A program made the translations under genes and the position numbers. Below, piece by piece: positions 22,453 to 30,055 of a stretch of DNA of 64,000 nucleotides. Position 1 is the first letter of the stretch, and each line of letters begins with the position of its first letter. This DNA comes from Methanobacteriota archaeon (GTDB taxonomy: Archaea; Thermoplasmatota; Thermoplasmata; SG8-5; JAGLSY01). The DNA is taken from NCBI GenBank assembly GCA_020696385.1, contig JAEHCQ010000001.1:352001-416000 (forward strand), in the 5' to 3' direction. The notes below the pieces were generated by a model that searched no databases, was not told where the DNA came from, and worked only from the letters and a program-made list of their open reading frames with translations.

Positions 22453-23478
22453 ATGGTAGAAGGGGAAGGGCCAATTCCCATAATATCAGCCAGTGATCTG
22501 GAAAAATATGGATACTGTCCATTGAGCTGGTGGTTGAGCATTGGCCTGTCGAATGATAACGAGGAAGATAAAAAAAGAGTTCTGGCAACAGGCACAGAGA
22601 AGCACAAGAGCCTGAGCAAGGACCTCAATAGTATCCTGGAGGGCGAGAGCATGGCGAAGGAATCCGAGACAACGGTCCTATGGTTCGCCATAGCGGCCAC
22701 TCTGATATGCCTGGTGGGACTTTCTCTGGTATTCAAGGCAGACCTTAATATTGGACTTATAATGGGCGTGATCGCCCTTATATGGATCCTGGCGGCATGC
22801 TATTTCCTTTATCTCGCAGAGACCATATCACAGAAAAAGACCAAGATGATCTATCAGAGGATCATTCTCATCTTCGCCATTGTGGGGGCCATAATAGGCG
22901 TGAATTCCCTCACAGTTCTGGAGCGATATTTCAGCCCGGAAGGAGCTGAGATCTTACTTGCACTTTCTCTTGTCTGGCTAATTGCCGCTTCTTATTTCCT
23001 GTACAGATCGCTAAAACATGTGCACGGAGCCATGAAAAAGAGACATCTGAGGAAGGTGAAGGAACAGATAGCGTATGTGGATACTGATGATAAAAAACCG
23101 AAATTATTCATATCCAAGAAACTTGGGTTGAGTGGCAGGCCAGACTATGTACTTCTGATCGATGATGGGCATATACCTGTCGAGGTCAAGACCGGTCGCA
23201 CACCACGCGGTCCGCTTTTCTCCCACATAATGCAAACAGCGGCCTACTGTATCCTGATAGATGAGGAATATGGCGAGGCTCCTCCTTATGGTATCCTGAG
23301 ATATGAAACAGCCGAGCACGAGATAGAGTATGATGATTCTCTCAAGGATCTGGTCATAACAAAACTTGAAGAGATGAGGAATATATTTATATCAAAGGAA
23401 GTGCACAGGAATCACAATAAGCCAGGCAAATGCAGGAATTGTTCAAGAAGAGCAATATGCCAGGAAAGGTTGGATTAG
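22453..23478 (+). CDS. Stand-alone Cas4-like PD-(D/E)xK nuclease with four inserted TM helices
   Basis: ISASDLEKYGYCP, LSGRPDY, PVEVKTG, QTAAY, KCRNCSRRAIC; four hydrophobic helices between YCP and the catalytic core. Confidence 0.88.
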   Translation: MVEGEGPIPIISASDLEKYGYCPLSWWLSIGLSNDNEEDKKRVLATGTEKHKSLSKDLNSILEGESMAKESETTVLWFAIAATLICLVGLSLVFKADLNIGLIMGVIALIWILAACYFLYLAETISQKKTKMIYQRIILIFAIVGAIIGVNSLTVLERYFSPEGAEILLALSLVWLIAASYFLYRSLKHVHGAMKKRHLRKVKEQIAYVDTDDKKPKLFISKKLGLSGRPDYVLLIDDGHIPVEVKTGRTPRGPLFSHIMQTAAYCILIDEEYGEAPPYGILRYETAEHEIEYDDSLKDLVITKLEEMRNIFISKEVHRNHNKPGKCRNCSRRAICQERLD

Positions 23479-23583
23479 TCTAATTGTGACTAATCCAATA
23501 GAAATACACATTGTTTTAAACGTCAAGGATCACAATAGACCCTTGGCCCTTGCTCTTGTATATAATCCAGGAGGGTTTGATAT

Positions 23584-23925
23584 CTATTTGATGTCCTGTT
23601 CATAATTGAGACCGCTGAGAAGAGCGATTTCCGCCTTTTGGATCTCCCTTCCAAGGTAGGCCGCATGCTCCATTCTTGAGACCAGATTCTCTCTGACTAT
23701 GGTATGACAAAGAGCTTCAGCATTCCTTCCACATACCGTGGCCATGAGCTTTCCAGTATCGGTCTTCTTGGAATCCTTACCCTTGGAGACATTCTCATAG
23801 AACTCGACAACTATCTCCTTTCTTGATTTATCTATGAATATTACAAAGAATCCTTTTGGATCCAGTGTCAGGCGCACATCCTTCTCTGCTTCTATTGGCT
23901 CTATGTCCATATTGAGGTCCTCCAT
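23584..23925 (-). CDS. DUF4346 domain protein
   Basis: LDPKGFFVI...HAAYLGREIQKAEIAL...YEQD. Confidence 0.88.
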   Translation of the reverse strand: MEDLNMDIEPIEAEKDVRLTLDPKGFFVIFIDKSRKEIVVEFYENVSKGKDSKKTDTGKLMATVCGRNAEALCHTIVRENLVSRMEHAAYLGREIQKAEIALLSGLNYEQDIK

Positions 23926-24896
23926 TATTCCAGCTCCTTTTCCACTTGATCTCTGGCCTCGACCATGTTTTTCAGTTTCTGGCAGGCGACCTTTTGATCA
24001 AGGTTCCTCAATCCGCAATCAGGATCGAGTAAGAGCTTGTCCTCACTAAATAGGTCGAGCCCCTTTAAAATCCTTTCTTTGATTTTATTGACAGGCTCTG
24101 CTTCGTTCACATCGGATCGAACACATCCAAATCCCAGCTTCTGAGGGAAATCAAATCCAGCCACAAAATTATCCAATCCAGTATGCGCCGCGAACTCATG
24201 ATCAAGAATATCAACCTTGATCTCAATGAGGTCTTCGAACAGGGGCTGGATGTCACCACATACATGAAGGGCTTTGTACACATTCGTGTTCTTCAGAATT
24301 ATCTCGACCAGGTCCTTGCCGTATTCAGGCCGATCTATCGAGAAGAAGGGCTCGTCCACCTGTATGACATCGACGATGTCCGAGATGGCTTCCACTTCTT
24401 TTGAAAAAGCCTCCGCGATATCAAAGGCCAGGTTTTCCACATTCCCATAATGCTCATCCACGCAGGAGCGTGCCATCGTATACGCTCCAGTTATGATGCC
24501 CTTGATCTTCACATTGTCTCCAATAAGACCTCTCGCATACAGGAGATCGTCTTTGGTTATCGGGGAATTGAATGATATATCGCCAATGACCACTGGCCGA
24601 GTCTTCATCCTTATTCCATTCAGCTTCGAGGCGAAGAGAGTGACCATGTCATTCCGGGTCTGTCCATCCGATATGATGTCTATGCCAGCATCCAGCTGGG
24701 CCTGTACAGATCGTTCTAAACTTATTTTGAATGGATCTGGATCAATAGATGTATCCAGATCATTGGGTGATCCTTTCATAGATGTGATACGCCCCACATC
24801 AATGTTGTATGACCTTTCGAAATCCCGACCCAGAGGTCTGGCCGGGAAGCTTCCGACGACCGTGGTCGTCAATCTACGTCCGCTCACTTCACTCAC
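23925..24896 (-). CDS. Core (single-domain MetE-like, MesA-type) methionine synthase
   Basis: TTVVGSFP, ISDGQTR, IQVDEP, Zn ligands HVC/E/PDCG; no N-terminal folate-binding half; GTGA overlap with mtrH. Confidence 0.9.
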   Translation of the reverse strand: MSEVSGRRLTTTVVGSFPARPLGRDFERSYNIDVGRITSMKGSPNDLDTSIDPDPFKISLERSVQAQLDAGIDIISDGQTRNDMVTLFASKLNGIRMKTRPVVIGDISFNSPITKDDLLYARGLIGDNVKIKGIITGAYTMARSCVDEHYGNVENLAFDIAEAFSKEVEAISDIVDVIQVDEPFFSIDRPEYGKDLVEIILKNTNVYKALHVCGDIQPLFEDLIEIKVDILDHEFAAHTGLDNFVAGFDFPQKLGFGCVRSDVNEAEPVNKIKERILKGLDLFSEDKLLLDPDCGLRNLDQKVACQKLKNMVEARDQVEKELE

Positions 24897-25822
24897 TTCA
24901 ATCTCCTCTTTGGATGGTTCTCGGGGATCTCGATGCCGAAATAATCCTCTCCGCCTTCCGCGATGAACTTGTCCACCATAGCGATGAAGGGGAATATCTG
25001 GCCAGCATTCCTCATCGGGCCATATACACAATAGTCAGCCCCCATCATAACGGGGAGAGCATTCGCTCCGACATCGCAAGTCAAGTATGCCTCGCGATGT
25101 GTCTTTCTGTAATCTTTCATCCAGAGCCATGATTCCACGGTGTTATGGATCGCGCATCCTGCTGGCAATCCCCACTTGTTCTTCATCACGGGGATCGACC
25201 TGATGGTCTCCGCAGTATTATGGTCAAAAGGAGTTGCTCCAGTATCGATTATCATGTTTGGGATATTGGCTTCCTTCGCAATATCCAGAAGGCCTTGATC
25301 CAAAAGGCCAGCACCATTTTCCAGTATCTCCATCCTGCCATCGGTGCTCATGTTCTTCGGATTGTAGCCCAGCACGATGGCACAACCTGGTGGGTTCGCT
25401 GCCAGTGCTTCTTTCTCCATCTCTTCCAATCCCAGATTCAGTGAATTGTAGATAAGCCTCTTTGAGACTCCGATCTCTCCAGCATGGTCCAGTACCTTCG
25501 CCCGTAGTTCGCTTTCAGGAACATCCACGCATATCGGTCTGTTCTCCGGAACCCGGTCAAGAACAAAGCTCAATCGGGTCTCTATCTGCTCCTCCGACCC
25601 GATGAATATATCGCATATTCCTGGATTGCCAGTCATTTGACTTAGCTCTTCCTGGGTGGCGATAAAGCCATCTATTTCCTCCATGGCTTCCGGTGAATGA
25701 TCTATGTATTTCTTTCCGTAAAATACGGTCCCGAACAGTACGGTGGGCGATTCCCCAGGTTGTCCGCCCATGCTCATATCGCCTATTTTTATCTTAATTT
25801 GCTCTTTTGAAAAGTTCAACAT
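24893..25822 (-). CDS. mtrH: MtrH/MtxH-family methyl-pterin:corrinoid methyltransferase
   Basis: FSKEQ...GGQPGESPTVLFGTVFY, IYNS, GLPAGCAIHN, GADYCVYGP. Confidence 0.93.
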   Translation of the reverse strand: MLNFSKEQIKIKIGDMSMGGQPGESPTVLFGTVFYGKKYIDHSPEAMEEIDGFIATQEELSQMTGNPGICDIFIGSEEQIETRLSFVLDRVPENRPICVDVPESELRAKVLDHAGEIGVSKRLIYNSLNLGLEEMEKEALAANPPGCAIVLGYNPKNMSTDGRMEILENGAGLLDQGLLDIAKEANIPNMIIDTGATPFDHNTAETIRSIPVMKNKWGLPAGCAIHNTVESWLWMKDYRKTHREAYLTCDVGANALPVMMGADYCVYGPMRNAGQIFPFIAMVDKFIAEGGEDYFGIEIPENHPKRRLK

Positions 25823-25823
25823 A

Positions 25824-26411
25824 TTAACTCTCCTCCACAGGCATTTGCTCAAGCTCGAGGAAGGGATCCAGTATCAGGTCCTTGTGGAATCCTATCTTGC
25901 CAGTTAATCGCTTTACAGACGGTCTGTCGCCATTCTTATTGTCCACAAGCTCCACGATATAAGGCTCACCAAATGGCTCATGATCGATCGCCAGTTGTTC
26001 CTCCACGACCTTCATGATCTCGACCTTATCGGTTATGTCGATCATATTGACGATCTCTATCTGCTGGCGAAAGCGTTCGATCGCCTCTTCATCAATGTTC
26101 TCGATGAAGGGAACCGCGCCCTTCGCGCCAGATATCCTTCCATTGTCATCAATACCCTTGCTGTGAAGTGATAGAAGGCTGTGGCCAGACCTATGGCCGC
26201 GTACTTCTTCACCACAGAGTATTAGAATTCGAATATTCGGATTGGAGATGACATTCGCCACAACCTTCTCAATACCCAGGTTCTCGGTCTTCATGTGACC
26301 CCATATCGCGACTTTCTCTTCGGGAAAGTCAATGATACTGGCCAGTGTGACTATCGAAACTGAACTATTGGGATTTCCAATTGTGTATTCTCCTCTCCAT
26401 GGGTACATCAT
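25824..26411 (-). CDS. mtrA: Soluble MtrA/MtxA-family corrinoid protein
   Basis: KTENLGIEKVVANVISNPNIR, EVRGHRSG cobalt-ligand His, GAVPFIEN; no C-terminal TM anchor. Confidence 0.93.
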   Translation of the reverse strand: MMYPWRGEYTIGNPNSSVSIVTLASIIDFPEEKVAIWGHMKTENLGIEKVVANVISNPNIRILILCGEEVRGHRSGHSLLSLHSKGIDDNGRISGAKGAVPFIENIDEEAIERFRQQIEIVNMIDITDKVEIMKVVEEQLAIDHEPFGEPYIVELVDNKNGDRPSVKRLTGKIGFHKDLILDPFLELEQMPVEES

Positions 26412-26594
26412 GTTCTCACCGATCGATGATCGTACGGATCATCCCGGGATTATGAGTTTCTACACTTAAAGATATTTGCTGAGATTTAATCAGATCATGG
26501 TAAGGATGACTCGGTAATTATCAGCAGGAATTTAGTAAATATCAAAGGAGAATTTAAGGAAAATTATTTATTCAATAATAGATTGACCAGGCCT

Positions 26595-26662
26595 GTGTGA
26601 AGGGGCAAAATTATACCCTTCGGGGTACTATTTTAACTCTTCTTCCCACACCCCCTTCACAC
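26595..26662 (+). other. Intergenic stem-loop with cUUCGg tetraloop
   Basis: GTGTGAAGGGG/CCCCTTCACAC 11-bp outer stem; inner TACCC-TTCG-GGGTA. Confidence 0.6.
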
Positions 26663-26893
26663 TCCTTAATATGAGTTAGTTTTTTACATTGTAAAAATAT
26701 ATTACTAAAAAGTAGGTTAATTTGATTAAATTCCTTCAAAATTGAACGTTCAAGGCGAAACACTTAAGCCTTGAATGAATAATATAATTGTTGGCAAGAC
26801 TGGAAGAAAGTGTTATTATCCTTCCACTTCTCTCGACTCTTTCTCCATTCTAGTCTTGCCAACCCATTTCTCAAAATTGGTAATCCATGATAG

Positions 26894-29800
26894 TTAGCTT
26901 TGTTTATAAACTTTTTTAATGTTCTTGGCCAGTCTTTCACTGATGCCCTTGACCTCGAGCAATTCAGCTTCAGATGCCTTTTCCAGATCCTTGAAAGATG
27001 TGAATCCAGCATCGTATATGGCCTCTGATTTGGAGAAGCCAACACCGGGTACGCCAACCAGAGCGTTGATGATCTCCTTCTTCTTTTCCTCCGGAGTCTT
27101 GGCCTTTGGCTTTCCTTTCTTATCGTGCTTGATGTCCGTGATGTCCTTGACATCCGTGGTGTCCTTGACATCCAGTATGTCTTCCAATTCCTCTATCACG
27201 GCATCTTCCTTCTCTTCTTCGGTGAACTTGGTTCCGCATTTGTCACAGAACTTGTCATCGATATTACCGATAGCGTCGCACGATGGACATCGGAATTGCT
27301 CACCGGCTATCATATCATCTTCGATATCCTCCGCAAGCTCAATTTCTGTTCTGTCCATCTCTGGCTCGTGAGTTTTTGCTTCCTCTTCCTTCTCACCCTG
27401 TGCTCCAAGTTTTCTTACAGCGGCATCCCGATTCTTGATCGCATCTCTGAAGCCAGGTTCTATTCCAAGTGCCCTTTCGAAGCATTCCAGAGCGAAGGAA
27501 TGCTCCTCCATCCTTGATAGTGCTATTCCTTTATTGTTCCAAGCTTCCGGATGTTCCGGATCGAGCTTAATAGCCTTATCCAGAACTTTTATCGCCTTGT
27601 CCAGCCTATCATCACTTATCAGAACGAAGCCTTTATTGGACAATAACAATGCAGTTTCATTTATGTTCAATGCCATGTCAAGGCATGATACGGATTCCCT
27701 GAACCTGTCCATCTCGTACAGAGCGGCGGCCTTATTGGCCCACGCATCACCATTGGCCTGATCTATGTCAATGGCCCTATCAAAATATTTTATGGAATCT
27801 TCTGGCTTGCCAGAGGCCAGAATGGCATTACCCTTATTGCACCAGGCTTCTGAGAAATCCGGGTCGATCTGTATAGCGCGGTCGAAGCAGAGGATGGAGT
27901 CGTCATGCTTTCCGATACTGAGTAAAGCAGCACCTTCCGCATTCCATACCTCGGATGCTCCGGGCTCAAGCTCGATAGCCCTATCAAAGCTCTCGATAGC
28001 CCCCTGGGTGTCTCCAAGGTTCATGTAGATATTTCCCCTTTCTATCCAAAGTACTGGCTCTTCTTCCTCCAGCCCTATGAGCACATCATTGGCCTTCAGG
28101 GCATCTTCGAATTCCCCGATCTCGATCAATGATGTTGATCGATTCATGAGGGCGGAAATATTATCGGGCTCCTTCTTGAGGACCAGGTCGAAATATTCAA
28201 TGGCATCATCAAATCTTCCCATCAAGTACAGTAAATTGGCTTTTTCCAGGTATGTGGATGAGCGTTCTTCCAATTCGATGGATTGATTCAGACAATCCAG
28301 TGCTTCATCATACTTCATCAGTCTTATGAGCATTTTAGACTTCTCAAAGAGAACAGCCTCTTCTCTCATCTCGTCTTCCAGAGCCAGTTTTTCCTCCACC
28401 TGTTCAAGTTCAGGTGGATCACCTACTGGCAATTCGGATTCAGGTAATGGAACCTTATCCTCCACTCCCAAACCACATTTGGAGCAGAAGGCTGCTTCTG
28501 CCGCAAGAGGTTCGGCACAGGCGGAACAAGCGGAGCCTGTTCCGACACCCATAAGATCGGCGAAGTCATCGGTAAGTGATGCCTCGCTGACAGTTGGCTT
28601 CTTACTTTCAATAGCAGCAAGCCTGGCCTTTTCCTCTTCTTTTTCCCGGGAATCCTTTTCCTCATCCGCGAGCCTCTTTTCTTCTTCTTCCAGCTTCAGT
28701 TCTTCTTCGGCCTTTTGTTTCTCTGCTTCTTCCCTCGCCCTTTTTTCTTCCTCTTCTATCAGGCGTAATCTCTCTTCTTCAGCCTCTCTTTCCCTTCTCT
28801 CTTCTTCTTCAATGAGACGGGTCTCATCGATTTCCTTCAGGGCTTCTTCAGCCTTTTTCTTTTCCTCAATGGCCAGGTCCCAATAGGGCTTTAGAAGTAG
28901 GGAATTATCAAAGGCATCGATGGCCCTTCTTGGGTCGCCATTTGCCATCTGTGCAATTCCCTTTTGATAGTAAACCTCGGGGCTTTTCTCAATGCCCAGT
29001 ACTTTGTCATAAGATATGATGCTCTGCTCATACTGCTCCATATCATGCAGTAATAGTCCTCGATTCAGCCAGGCTTCCTTGTAATCTGCCTTTTTGGCTA
29101 TGGCTCTATCGAAGGAATCCAGGGCATTACCATGATCCTTCATATATTTGAGTGCCACACCCTTATTGTTGAGAACATTGATATTGTCTGGCTCAAGGTA
29201 CAATACCTTATTGTAACATAGCACGGCTTCCTCATGTTTTCCCTGCTCGTGCAATGTCGCACCTTTATTATTCCAGGCCTTGGTGAAGTTCTTGTTTATC
29301 TTCAATGCCTGGTCATAGCACTGGATCTCATCATCATACCTTTGAAGATCGTAATAAATCGCTCCAAGATTATACCATGATTCCTCACTATCTGGATTCA
29401 CTTCCAGAGCTTTTTTGAAGCATTCGGCAGCTTCATCCAGTCGCTTCATGGCCTTCAGAACATTGCCTTTCATTATCCAGGCAAGGTCGTAGTTCGGCTT
29501 CATCTTCAAAGCATTATCATAATATTCGATGGCTTTCTTGAAATTACCCGAATTGAAGAAATCATTACCCCAGCCCATTTGGTTCTCCAGTTCGTCAATA
29601 CTTGGAAGGAATCTTTCTCCATCCAGCTCAAGTACCTTTTTCGAGTCCTGTTTCTTGAGGTCATCATCAAGTTCCAGTTCCTTGATAAGTAGCCCGAACT
29701 TGTCACCATCTGCAATGTTAACTCCAAGCAGATCGGCATACTTCCTCGCGTCCTTGGAGAGCTTGGTCGTGGATATGAAGATGGCCTTTACATCCATGCC

Positions 29801-30055
29801 ATCTCTCTTTCGCCCGACCAGTTTCTGAATATCCTCCGGGCCAGCATCTGAATGGCCACGCTTTAATTTTATCACGAAGGGCTCGGAATTACCTTCCACC
29901 TCCCTTAGTGCTTCTATCTCCACATCATCAGCCCGCATGCGGGAGCTGGTTACCTTGAAATCCATCTTCTCCAGCAATCTATTGGATAGTATGCGGAACT
30001 CCTCAGGATCAAGGTCATTCACTATGTTCATGAGATATTCCTGGCTCATACTCAT
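26894..30055 (-). CDS. Large TPR protein with N-terminal Mrr-like domain, coiled coil, two Zn ribbons and C-terminal HhH
   Basis: LDPEEF...LLEKMDF...AIFISTT...IADGDKF Mrr-like pattern; many WxNKG TPRs; CSAC/CSKC and CPSC/CDKC; VPGVGFSK and VKGISE HhH. Confidence 0.88.
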   Translation of the reverse strand: MSMSQEYLMNIVNDLDPEEFRILSNRLLEKMDFKVTSSRMRADDVEIEALREVEGNSEPFVIKLKRGHSDAGPEDIQKLVGRKRDGMDVKAIFISTTKLSKDARKYADLLGVNIADGDKFGLLIKELELDDDLKKQDSKKVLELDGERFLPSIDELENQMGWGNDFFNSGNFKKAIEYYDNALKMKPNYDLAWIMKGNVLKAMKRLDEAAECFKKALEVNPDSEESWYNLGAIYYDLQRYDDEIQCYDQALKINKNFTKAWNNKGATLHEQGKHEEAVLCYNKVLYLEPDNINVLNNKGVALKYMKDHGNALDSFDRAIAKKADYKEAWLNRGLLLHDMEQYEQSIISYDKVLGIEKSPEVYYQKGIAQMANGDPRRAIDAFDNSLLLKPYWDLAIEEKKKAEEALKEIDETRLIEEEERREREAEEERLRLIEEEEKRAREEAEKQKAEEELKLEEEEKRLADEEKDSREKEEEKARLAAIESKKPTVSEASLTDDFADLMGVGTGSACSACAEPLAAEAAFCSKCGLGVEDKVPLPESELPVGDPPELEQVEEKLALEDEMREEAVLFEKSKMLIRLMKYDEALDCLNQSIELEERSSTYLEKANLLYLMGRFDDAIEYFDLVLKKEPDNISALMNRSTSLIEIGEFEDALKANDVLIGLEEEEPVLWIERGNIYMNLGDTQGAIESFDRAIELEPGASEVWNAEGAALLSIGKHDDSILCFDRAIQIDPDFSEAWCNKGNAILASGKPEDSIKYFDRAIDIDQANGDAWANKAAALYEMDRFRESVSCLDMALNINETALLLSNKGFVLISDDRLDKAIKVLDKAIKLDPEHPEAWNNKGIALSRMEEHSFALECFERALGIEPGFRDAIKNRDAAVRKLGAQGEKEEEAKTHEPEMDRTEIELAEDIEDDMIAGEQFRCPSCDAIGNIDDKFCDKCGTKFTEEEKEDAVIEELEDILDVKDTTDVKDITDIKHDKKGKPKAKTPEEKKKEIINALVGVPGVGFSKSEAIYDAGFTSFKDLEKASEAELLEVKGISERLAKNIKKVYKQS
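27135..27173. repeat. 18-bp tandem repeat in coding sequence
   Basis: TCCGTG(A/G)TGTCCTTGACA x2 encoding DVKD(T/I)T. Confidence 0.7.

Noticed and set aside
22315-23583. CRISPR-Cas locus around the cas4-like gene
   Set aside because: No repeat-spacer array and no cas1, cas2 or effector genes in the window
24893-26411. mtrA/mtrH as evidence of methanogenesis
   Set aside because: No membrane Mtr subunits, MtrA lacks its anchor, and the context points to methionine synthesis
26412-26893. Cobalamin or SAM riboswitch upstream of mtrA
   Set aside because: I recognise no B12-box or SAM-I core, and the predicted promoter is close to the start codon
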